This document shows positions 12,942 to 23,811 of a stretch of DNA of 64,000 bases, piece by piece (positions within the stretch are counted from its first letter, which is position 1; each line of letters opens with the position of its first letter). The DNA lies in the NCBI GenBank assembly GCA_015680685.1, contig MNCI01003408.1:1-64000 (forward strand). Reading direction: 5' to 3'. The notes under the pieces are model-generated. The model had not been told where the DNA came from and searched no databases. It saw nothing but the letters and a program-made list of their open reading frames with translations. The translations under genes were made by a program, and so were the position numbers. The DNA comes from Gnetum montanum. Taxonomy: Eukaryota > Plantae > Gnetophyta.

Positions 12942-13301
12942 AAAGGTATCATGCAACCTTTAAATTATTGTCATCCATCAATAGAGCCTTGCATGAAATT
13001 ATCCATAATTTCATTTGTTTGATATCCTAAATTAATTAGGGAGAAGTATAACAATTCCTTACTAGCAAACATTTACTTCAATTAGCCAAACAAGTTTTTT
13101 TTTCATTTTTTTCTTGTTTCTTTAAACTTTCAGTAAAATAGAAAAGTAAGATAAAGTAAGATTGGTTACATAGCAAAGGGTTCTTATTCCAACTTCAAAT
13201 ATGTTCATCATGTAGACATTGGAGAAATTTTTGAAAGGTGAGGGCCAGTGTGGGAATAAAATTCAACCTAAGAATACAATGAAAGACTCTTCAATAGTTC
13301 T

Positions 13302-13459
13302 TTGCTTCATTGGGCTTTAGGCTCCATCGAGATCTTCATGAGCCACCATTGCCCACTGTGGTACACTTGGGGATAAGGATCCAGCACAAACACCAAAAAC
13401 AACCACCACTCCAAACTAAAACTCCCACAATGCATGACATACATAAACACAGTAGTCTA
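13302..13459 (+). pseudogene. CESA: Cellulose synthase (CesA) pseudogene, segment left of the copia insertion
   Basis: My translation is [52 protein letters not shown], matching CesA (Q)VLRWALGSVEIFxSRHCPLWY...KLKxLxRxAYINTxVY. There is an in-frame stop at 13374. It joins 19511 across the TSD. Confidence 0.9.
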
Positions 13460-13473
13460 TGTAGCATGCGTTA

Positions 13474-13650
13474 CCCACTAATGCACTTTATGCATTAGTT
13501 AATACATGAAAGTGACCACCATGCCCACTAACGTGTTTTATGGATTAGTTAATGCATGAAAGTGGCCATCATGCCCACTAATGCATTTTATGCATTAGTT
13601 AATGCATGAAAGTGGTCACCATACCCACTAACATGTTTTCATGGGTTGGA
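13474..13650 (+). repeat. 50-bp tandem repeat in copia 5' LTR U3 (3 full units plus a partial; 2 plus a partial at 19056-19170 in the 3' LTR)
   Basis: Units start at 13474, 13524, 13574 and 13624, each beginning CCCACTAA...GAAAGTGRCCACCATG. Confidence 0.9.
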
Positions 13651-14919
13651 TAATGCATCAAGGTGGTCTCCATATTCGATAACATGTTTTTATGCATTGG
13701 CATTGGGTCTCTTATGGTAATCGATTCCATGGCCTATAAATTCATTCTTGATGGGAGAACAAAGGAACCACGAATCACAATAGGATTGCAATTTCAATCC
13801 CTTTCACAAATTCTTGAAGATTACATACACCATCCTTGTAGAGCGCCCGTGTGAAAGAAGAATCAAAATGCCAAATTTAATCTGAGGCATCAATGATTGA
13901 AGGTTAGTTCCATTTGCTCAAGAATTGTGCATTTCCAGTTATTTATTCATGTGAATTTCTTATGCCATTTGCTTCTACATTTTGTACTTTGATTACTTGT
14001 ACCATTTTTTTTTCTGCACAATTATTTTCTTACATTTCGTATTAGAGCATTAGATCTCTATCTTGATGTAGTTTTTGGTGATGGTGCAATCTAGAAACAA
14101 TGTTTTGTAGTTTGAGGAAGATCGCTCACTTCTAGTTTCTACCTGGTGAAAGAGACTTCACTCTCATATTTTGTTGCATTTTCGTGCACCATAGAACTAG
14201 AAAATAGAAACCATTATTGTTGTGGCAATGAGGATATTTTCTTTTGTTGTTTTGGAGAGCTGGTTTGGTTGTGCTATCTACAATTTTCTTCATGTGACAG
14301 TCTACTGTCTACATCGTTGGCTTGCAATAGCCTATTATTATGTAAATGTTTTCAAAAGTTGAGCACAATTTGGTTTAACTTGAGTGGTCTTAAGGCTAAC
14401 AGATGTTTATTCCCTTTGTGCATAACTAGATTTTGTGAATTATATATGCACTTTTTCCATTTTAGCTTGCATATTTAGCATTCATCATTGTTATTATGAT
14501 TTTGATGTTTTTTCATGTTGGCCAATGAATTAGCATCATTCTATAGGGTTTTCTTTTGGTACTTTGGCCTCCACCTGGGCACCCTTGGGCTAGAATAATT
14601 GAGTGAATTATGTTTATACCATGTTGAATTTGGTAATTTATCAATTTTATGGATATTTTTGTATATGTATACATTAGTTTCTACATATGAATTATAACAA
14701 GTGATCTATATAATTTTGTCTAATTAGAGAGTAGCCACAACATCTTTAATTATGCAAAATTATGTANATATGAATTTGTTTGAATTAAAATTTAGCTCAC
14801 AAATAATTTTATGTCATTTGATTCATAGTTTTCATGATTTACATTGGTAAACATGTCTTATGCTATTATAACCTTAAATTTAGTGACATAAGCATGTTTG
14901 ATTATGTAGTTATATAACC

Positions 14920-17900
14920 TATAAGCTACTTTGATTCTAAATGTGACATTCTTAAATTAAAGGGTGATAATTATAAGGTGTGGAAGGAGAGAATTATTCT
15001 TCGTTTAGGCTGGATGAATATTTATTATGCTATCCATAAGGATGAACCACTTGCTGTTACAGTAATTATCTATCCAAATGATATTGGTAATTATGAAAAA
15101 TAGGAGCGATCTAATCACCTCTGTGTCATGTTCATAAAATCCAAGATCTTGTCTAGTATGTGTGGTTCATTGGAATAGTATGACAACATGCATGCTTTTT
15201 TAAAGGCCATTGATGAAAAATTTGAGTCATCAAATAAGGCATTGACTAGCGCCTTGATAATGAAGTTCTCATCCATGAAGCTCACTGAAATTCGTGGTGT
15301 GTGTGAGCACATCATGCAAATAAGGGATATAGCAACTCAACTCAAAACACTTGAGGTTGAGATGTTAGAATCTTTCTTTGTGCACTACATCTTAAATAGG
15401 CTCCCATAGTAGTATGGACCCTTTAAGATTTCTTATAACACACATAAGGACAAATGATCACTTAATGAACTAATGACCATGTGTGTGCAAGAAGAGGGGA
15501 GACTTTCTATAGAAGCAAAAGAGAGTGTGCATCTGGCTACACAAGGAAAGAATAAAGGACAAGCCAAAGGCAAGTGGAAGGTCAAATTGCCTACACAAGC
15601 TAATATTAAGAAAGAATCCAGATGTTTTTCTTGCAAAAGGAAAGGGCACATAAAGAAGGATTGTTCTAAATATTAGAAATGGCTTGAAAAGAAAGGTACT
15701 CAACTCTCACTTGTTTGTTTTGAATCTAATATGGTTGAGGTTGGTCATGACACATGGTGGATTGATTTTGGTTCTACAATCCATGTTACTAATTCCTTGC
15801 AGGGGGGAAAAACCTAAGGAAGCTAGTGGAAAGTGAGTCATTTATTTATTCAGGCAACAAGATGTCCTCATATGTGGAGGCAATTGGAACATGCATTTTA
15901 GTTTTTAGTGGTTTTATTTTAGAATTGGAAAATACATTTTATATTCCAAGTTTTTCAAGGAATTTAGTTTCTATTTCAAGGCTTGTATCATTGGGATTTT
16001 CCTTTANNNNNNNNNNNNNNNNNNNNNNNNNNNNNNNNNNNNNNNNNNNNNNNNNNNNNNNNNNNNNNNNNNNNNNNNNNNNNNNNNNNNNNNNNNACGG
16101 GAAAGTAGACCAATATGTCAAAGAAAGGTGCTAAGAGGAGTTCAAACATATTAGAGATCATACATACAAATATTTGTAGTCTAGATATGGATGCATATTG
16201 TCATACTACCTTTATTGATAATTACTCACAATATATGTATCTCTACCTGCTTCATAACAAGAGTGAAGCTTTAGATGCCTTTAAGATGTTTAAGGTTGAA
16301 GTACAGAAACAATGTGGTAAGCAAATAAAGATAGTAAGATCTGATAGAGGTGGTGAATACTATGGTAGATATACTATTGATGGACAAGCACTTGGTCCAT
16401 TTGCTAAGTTTCTTTAAGAGCATGGGATTTTTGCTAGTACACTATGCCTAGTTCTCTAGACTAAAATGGTGTGGTAGAAAGAAAAAATAGAACATTATTG
16501 GACATGGTGCGGAGTATGCTTACCAACTCCAAGCTTCCTAAGTCCTTGTGGACTGAAGCTCTCAAGACAACGGTATATATATTAAACTGAGTTCCAACCA
16601 AGGCTGTCTTAAAGACACAATTTGAATTATGGAAAGGCTGGAAACAGAGTTTGCAACATATACGTGTTTGGGGATGCCCATCTGAAGCAAGAGTCTATAA
16701 TCCACAAGAAAAGAAGCTAGACCCAAGTACCATAAGAGGGTATTTCGTTGGATATGCTAAATGGTCTAAGGGATACAAATTTTATTTCCTATCACATACT
16801 ACTAGTTTTGTGGAATCAAGGAATGCTAAATTTCTTGAGAATGACTTGATTAGTGGGAGTAGTAGATCTTGGAACATTGTTCCTGAGATAGATCATACAT
16901 ATGCTTAACCTACTATTTTAAATGATAGACTGATTGTTGTACATAATATGCCTAGAGCACAAATGCGTATTGAACAACAACTAGTCATTAAAGTTCCACA
17001 AACTGCTGATCAAGAAGTAGTAGATCTAGCTGAATGATAAATACCAAAACCTGTTCAATATCATGATCCTCAAGAGAACAATGAACCAACATTAAGAAGA
17101 TCTACTAGAGTAAGATGATTAGTGATTCTTAGTGACTATATGGTGTATCTACATGAGTCTAACTACAACATAGAAGCTAAAAATGATCCCAAAATGTTTT
17201 CAAAAGCCATGAGTTGTTTAGAATCTAACTTGTGGTATGATGCCATGAAAGATGAAATGAACTCTATGCCATCTAATGGAGTTTGGGATCTTGTCAGGTT
17301 GCCTGATGGTGTAAAAGCCATTGGACGCAAATGGGTCTTCAAGACTAAGAAACACTCATTGGGCAACATTGAAAGATATAAGGCTAGACTTGTTGCTAAA
17401 GGGCTCACTCAAAAAGAGGGAATAGATTACAAGGAGACATTTTCTCTTGTATGTAAGGACTCCCTTCATGTTATCATGGAATTGGTTGCCCATCTTGATC
17501 TTGAATTACATCAAATGGATGTGAAATAAACATTCCTTAATGGTGATCTAGAGGAAGAGGTTTATATGAAATAACCTGAAGGATTTTTCTCTAGTGATGG
17601 TGAGCACTTGGTATGCAAGCTCAAGAAATCCATATATAGATTGAAACATGCCTCCCATCAATGGTAGTTCAAATTCCATGATATAATCACTTCATTTGGT
17701 TTTGAAGAAAACATCATGGATCAATGTATATACCAAAAGGTCAGTGGGAGCAAAATTTGTTTTCTTGTTCTATATGTGAATGATATCCTTCTTGCAACCA
17801 ATAATAGTGAATTTCTATACGAGGTAAAACATTTTCTCTCTACGAATTTCGACATGAAGAATATGGGCGAGGCATCTTATGTCATTGGCATACAGATCCA

Positions 17901-18760
17901 TAAGGATAGATCTGGATGTATACAGGGACTATCACAGGAAACCTATATCAATAAAGTTTTAGAAAGGTTTTGGATGAAAGATTGTTCATTAAGTATAGCA
18001 CCCATTGTGAATGGTGATAGGTTCAATTTGAACTAGTGCCCTAGGAATGATTTAGAAAAAAGTTAGATGAGCAACATTTTGTATGCTTTAGCTATTGGAA
18101 GCCTTATGTATGCTCACGTCTGCACAAGACTTGACATTGCATTTGTTGTGAGAATGTTGGGTAGATATCAGAGTAATCCAAGTATTGACCATTAGAGGGC
18201 TTCAAAGAAAGTGATGAGCTACCTTCAAGGTACAAAAGACTACATGCTTATGTATAAACGAATTGACTCCTTGGAGGTGACTGACTACTTTGACTTAGAC
18301 TTTGCTAGCTGTGTTGATTCATGGAAATCAATATCTGGATATGTTTTTATGCTAGCTGGAGGAGCTATATCTTAGAGAAGTGGAAAGTAAACTTTGGTTT
18401 CTACTTTCACCATGGAGGTAGAATTCATTTCTTGTTTTGAGGCTACTTCACATGGTATATCGCTAAATAGTTTCATATCAGGGTTTAGAATTTTGGATTC
18501 TATATCTAGGCCATTAAGAATGTTTTGTGACAATTTAGCTGTTGTTTTTATGGCTAAGAATAATAAGAGTGGTAGTCGAAGTAAACACATTGACATGAAG
18601 TACTTAGCCATAAGCGAATGCATTAACGAAAACAAAGTGGTCATTGCGCATATAAGCATTAAATTAATCATAGCTGATCCTTTAACAAAAAGAATGCCAC
18701 CAAAGTCATTTAAGGATTATGTAGTTCGGATGGGACTTGGTTTCATAATGTCATTTGTTG
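14920..18760 (+). pseudogene. Copia gag-pol (gag, zinc knuckle, PR, INT, RT, RNase H) with many stops and an N gap at 16007-16096
   Basis: CFSCKRKGHIKKDC; WWIDFGSTIHV; IKIVRSDRGGEYYGRY..GPFAKFL; KWVFKTK..YKARLVAKG; LHQMDVK; LVLYVNDILL; RSKHIDMKY; IADPLTK. Confidence 0.95.
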
Positions 18761-19505
18761 TATGCACAACTTACAGTCTTAATGAAACTCTTATTCAATT
18801 CTGTTATTTTCTTATATGGTTTGTGCATATAGTTATTAAAGAAAATACACATATGGCAGGACCTAGAATGAACATTGGGTTTATTCATAAAGTTAAGATA
18901 CATATAAAAAACTATGTTTGAAAAATGATGCATTGTAATACATAGAAGATAATACTCACATTAAAAGGAACTATCACCATGATTTATGCATTTATTTCTT
19001 GAACTTTAAACCTAATTAAATATGGAGACCAAGTGGGAGATTGTAGCATGCATTACCCACTAACGCACTTTATGTATTAGTTAATACATAAAAGTGGCCA
19101 CCATGCCCACTAACACATTTTATGGGTTAGTTAATGCATGAAAGTGGCTACCATACCCATTAACACATTTTTATGAATTGGGGTGGTTTTTTTTATCCAT
19201 TTTTACATGTTGGCATTTTTTTCTTATAGTAAACAGTGGCTTATAAATTCATTCTTGATAGGAGAACAAAGAAACCACGGATTACAATAGAATTGCAATT
19301 CCCCTTTCACTGCATACACCATTGTTGCAAAGTGCTTATGTGAAAAAGAATTAGAATGCCAAATTTAAGGCATCAATGGTTAGAGGTTAGTTCCATTTGT
19401 TCAAGAATGGTACATTTCCTATTATTTATGCATGTGAATTTATTGTGCCATTTGCTTCAGCATTCTATACTTTGATTACTTGTGCCATCTAATTTTCTGC
19501 ATAAT

Positions 19506-20190
19506 GTCTACCCTGTCACCTCCATTCCTCTGCTCCATTCCTCTGCTGGCCACTACACACTCCCAACCATGTGCCTGCTCACGGGCAAATTCATAACACC
19601 CACATTGATAGGAATCACCAGCATATGGTTTTGTGCATGTTTCTTGCAATCATCTCAACTTTCGTTCTGGAGCTACGCTGGGGCGGGGTTTCCATGTTGG
19701 AATTCTGAAGGAACGAGCAGTTCTTGGTCATCGTCGGAGTCTCGGCTCACTTATTCGCAGTGGTGCAGGGTCTGCTGAAAGTTCTGGGCAGAGTGGATAC
19801 CAATTTCACGGTTACAGCCAAAGTCGCAGCAAATGATGAAGATGAATTTGCAGAGCTATATTTGTTCAAGTGGACTACTTTGTTGATTTCGCCGACGATG
19901 CTGGTTATAATAAATCCGGTGGCTTTGGTTGCAGGCGTTTCTGCTGTTATGAATAACAATTACCAGTCATGGGGGTTCGCTGTTCGGCAAGGTTTTCTTG
20001 GCCATGTGGGTGGTTCTGCATCTGTATCCGTTCCTGAAAGGGCAAATGGAAAGAAATAATCGGACGCCCACGATTGTGGTCATGTGCTCCATTTTGCTGA
20101 CCTTCATTTTTTCGCTGCTCTGGTTGCGTATGGATCCCTTCCTGCCTAAGAACATTTGGCCCTATTCTACAGCTGTGCGGCAGTGAAAGC
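19506..20190 (+). pseudogene. CESA: Cellulose synthase (CesA) pseudogene, C-terminal transmembrane region
   Basis: [101 protein letters not shown], spread across several frames. A 13-bp duplication at 19521-19546 and other indels shift the frame. Confidence 0.95.
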
Positions 20191-20533
20191 GGAAGCGTTA
20201 ACAGCAGCGTGTGCCGGTCAGCTGTGAATTGCAGGCTACGTCATTGCAACCGGAGCCATTAAAAGTTGTTACATTTGTGCTCGTTTTGAGGTAAGTTATT
20301 GTTCTATTCTGCTGTTATTTTTTTATGAACTGAGGTCTCTCTTTCGTATTCTATTATTGTTATTTTTTTATCAACTGAGGTTTTATTTTTGAACCCAGAT
20401 TAATCTTGTTGTTAGCTATTTTCTATTCTAATTTCACATTTTATTCATCTCCAAGTTTTATTTTTGAAAATTTAAAAACAAATGGTTGTTTTTTGGTTAA
20501 AGTTATCATGAATTGCTCTTTATATTTTCTTGT

Positions 20534-20775
20534 TAAAATTGTTTAACTTATCAACATCTATATACATCACGAAACACTATGTTCCTTGACTGACACCATC
20601 TTCCTTAACTGAGACTATTCTCAGTTTTGATACCCATGAGGTGCCTTAGGCAATAATTGCCTAAAATTGTTTAACTTATTAACATCTATATATATAACGA
20701 AACACCACGTTCCTTAACTTTCCTAAACTGAGACTATTTCCATGAGAGGTGACTTAGGCAATAATTACCCTAAAC
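20534..20775. repeat. Degenerate ~120-130 bp tandem duplication
   Basis: TAAAATTGTTTAACTT...CGAAACAC...CTGAGACTATT...TTAGGCAATAATT occurs twice (from about 20534 and 20661), with a third remnant near 20890. Confidence 0.8.
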
Positions 20776-20917
20776 AAGTTTTTCTAGGTGTTAATGTGTC
20801 CAAAATTTACACATCAATAGTGACATTGCCTATATGATTAATTTAGTTTAATGCATATAAGTTACTCTCATTTAATATTTTTTTAGATTGTTAACTTGAG
20901 ACTATTCCTACACTAGC

Positions 20918-21020
20918 TGTGCCCATAAAAACAAGGTCCGTAGGCAATAACCTTATGGAATTGTGCATGTGCCCATAAAAACAAGGTCCGTAGGCAATAA
21001 CCTTATGGAATTGTGCATGT
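20918..21020. repeat. Perfect 50-bp tandem duplication
   Basis: TGTGCCCATAAAAACAAGGTCCGTAGGCAATAACCTTATGGAATTGTGCA occurs twice (20918-20967, 20968-21017), followed by TGT. Confidence 0.95.
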
Positions 21021-21864
21021 TCAAACATGGTGCGTTAGTTTACTTTGCTACCTAAAATTCTGCTTCAACAGGAACTTTGGATTTTTTCTTTAGTCTCGTT
21101 TGTGCCATGAATTTTTCTTTAGTCTTGTTTGCGCATGCCCATGTGAATCGATTTTACTATGAAAAGTGTGTAGTTCATGGCATAAAAGGAATTACTGTTC
21201 CAGTCCTACATTCATACATGAGCCACGGTTATTCAAATTGCTTCGGTTCTGACAGAAAGTGTTACTGTTTGCCTTCACAAGTAATTGGGAGGCTCTGCAC
21301 ATAAGCAAAGCATTCATGTACGGCAGGGAAGGGGCAATATAGATACAGTTATGCATCTGCAGCTTTTACGAGCGAATACACGAATTTGAATAGTATTTTA
21401 AGCAAAATTAAAATCAACAGAGGACAAAAAATGAACCAGATGTAGCGTGGGCATGTACATGACAATACCACTCACTGGAATCGACTTATTGGGAGTGAAA
21501 TTGCTTTGCATTTTAGCAAAATTGCCATCAAAAATTGCGAATTCAAAGAGTAAAAAGTAAAAACGAATAGCCACTCTGCCCTTTGCGGTGGATACCCAAG
21601 GAAGGATGGCCCATTCTGAAATAAAGCCTGAAATTCCAGATGGGGATGACATACTGTACATGAGCGATTTTGCTCCTGTTATGCGCCATCGGCTTCCGCC
21701 ACAAACACATCACATATGTACTCCAGATTTGAGAGGCAACTTCATGCAGCAGGAGTTCTGCAAAGTTTTTTTATTATGCATATACAACAACAGACCTGCA
21801 CACAAACTAAGATGAAATGCTCTTCAGAGGAGGAAGAAGGACATTCAAAAGAAAAGCCTTGTGC

Positions 21865-22455
21865 TTATGATGCTTGTGTTGTTGTTGAAAAAGCAGGAGC
21901 AGGAGCAGGATCAGGATCAGCTGCCAAGAGCATGAGCATGTCGGTGATGCAGCTACACTGCCGCAGCAAATCCACGTTGAACAAACTCTCAAACAACTCA
22001 CCTTCGCTCTGGTGCAGCTGCTTCACACATTCAATAAAACACACTTCTTCCTTGTCCTCCTCATCTTCATCTTCTTCTTTGGTTGCAGCAAAATGAAAAT
22101 GATGATCCAGCAGCAGCAAATCTTGCTTCTGTTTGCATGCTTTCTCGTACAGTTGCGCCTCCTCTTTCTCCTCCTCTTGGGAATCATGGCTGCGGCAAGG
22201 CGAGAAGAGACGTAGCAGAGACACAACACACAGTGCTGTGGACAACAACAAGGGCGTGAAGTAGCGCAGTACCTGCGTTACCTCCTTCGGAATTAGAAGA
22301 GCTAAGCACAAGCACAAGCACAAGCAGAAACATGGTAGCGCCTGCCGCTGCCTCAGACGCTCCACTGCAACTTTCATCTTCTGCAACTCAGGCTGCCTCC
22401 CTGAAATCCAAAACGATTTTACAGCATTCCCTAACATTTCCCAAGCAGCGGCCAA
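21865..22455 (-). CDS. Probable single-exon 196-aa uncharacterised membrane protein with two hydrophobic segments and an acidic tail
   Basis: Uninterrupted ATG-to-stop ORF in a CpG-retaining, TE-free island. The segment VTQVLRYFTPLLLSTALCVVSLL recalls the YFxPLxLSTAL motif of a family of small plant membrane proteins of unknown function (recalled, not searched). Confidence 0.65.
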   Translation of the reverse strand: MAAAWEMLGNAVKSFWISGRQPELQKMKVAVERLRQRQALPCFCLCLCLCLALLIPKEVTQVLRYFTPLLLSTALCVVSLLRLFSPCRSHDSQEEEKEEAQLYEKACKQKQDLLLLDHHFHFAATKEEDEDEEDKEEVCFIECVKQLHQSEGELFESLFNVDLLRQCSCITDMLMLLAADPDPAPAPAFSTTTQAS

Positions 22456-23811
22456 TGATTCAGGGTTCAGAATTCAAGGCTCAAGGTTTCAAATTCACTG
22501 TTAGCAATTTGCTTCCAAACAGTGAATAAAATGATAAAGCTTCAGGACTCCTCCCATTTCAAACAACAATCAGATGAAAAAAAGGCTCAGGGATTGCTTC
22601 CGAACACCAGCAAGCAAGCAAGTAATTTGCTTCTTTGCTGTTCACTCTGTGGCTCCTTCTTATGCAGAAGCCGGTTACGTCCTGTGTGAGAGAATTTTCA
22701 GAAAAAGATTAATTGGCATAGTTGTTTCAATTTTGTGCCTTTAATGGCGGCCGATTCGTCTCTAGTGGCAGGGGCGGCACAAGTGCTTATTGGAAACTTC
22801 CAGATAAAGTGTTCACACTCGGAAATGGGAATGGGAATCGAATCCTATTTACATAATTCTGCATTTTGCCATCCGTTGTGGCAACTTTCTGTTGCTTGTG
22901 CAAAAGATAAACAATAGTGGGTCTGCACTTGAATTATTGCGGTTCCTAGGTTCCGATTCACTTTTGCTGTGTAAACGGATTTTCTACGTTTTATTCTTTG
23001 CTTTGTCTGGTGGTGGTTGCTCTGTCTTGAACTTGAAAAAACGACTCTTAGACTGTTGAGAATCCGAGTGTTGATAGAATATTGTGTGTGGATCATAGGG
23101 CCATTGGATTTGTGGCTTCTCTGTGTGCTTTAAACGCAAATCATCTCATGATTCCGATACCGAGGTGCTTGCTTTTCGTATCCACAGTTATTATTTATTG
23201 AGGTTGCTCGCCGGATTTCGGGTACAATTTGTTCTTCTACTTGATCCAGAGACTGATTTTGTTCGGGTACAAAGCTTCTCTCTCTTATTATATGTCCAAG
23301 AATGATGTCAGATCTCTAAATTTGCTTTTTCCATGAGGTATATACAGTAAATTTCTGTGCTTTAAAAAGGTATATTTTATGAGTTAGGATAACTAGGAAT
23401 TGATGCTGCGGTAGTTTGTTCATGAAACTTTTTAAAGAACTCCATAGTTCTTTGATAATGTCCACACAGGAAGAGCATGTAAACAGTTTCACAATGATGA
23501 AGAGGACAGCAAAAGCACGTCAACAATTCATAGCAGAAGAAAAAAAAAGAGTACACGGCTTCCTTGGGGTTTAACCTGTTAGTTTTGTGCAGCAAGTGAA
23601 CTTGGACTTATTGATTAGCTAAGAAGACTCCTCTCCATGAAATAAGGATGCCTTTCTTCGACCCACACAATTTGCCCAAAGGCTGTTGACATTGATTCTT
23701 CACGTAAGAGGTTTGATAAGCTCTAAATGTGTTCAAACCAATAGCCTCAAAAAGCTTGTGAAGATGTTGCATTATGTATGAAAATTTTAAGTTGGCTAAA
23801 ATTAGGTAGAT

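Larger units (their letters stand above)
13460..19505 (+). mobile_element. Decayed Ty1/copia LTR retrotransposon, TAR-like lineage, inserted in CesA coding sequence
   Basis: LTRs 13460-14034 and 19042-19505; TSD GTCTA at 13455-13459 and 19506-19510; PBS-like TCGTATTAGAGC at 14037; PPT CAAGTGGGAGAT at 19030-19041; INT precedes RT. Confidence 0.95.

Noticed and set aside
19965-19975. AGTCATGGGGG motif identical to the Athila-like PPT inside CesA
   Set aside because: It encodes the conserved QSWG residues, so the match is coincidental.
21716-22229. Overlapping ORFs on both strands (21716-22096, 22012-22215, 22023-22229)
   Set aside because: These are shadow frames of low-complexity sequence in the 196-aa ORF.
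22460-23600. Possible miRNA or ncRNA in the CpG-retaining upstream region
   Set aside because: No recognisable mature miRNA or long hairpin by eye; most simply the promoter/5' region of the small gene.
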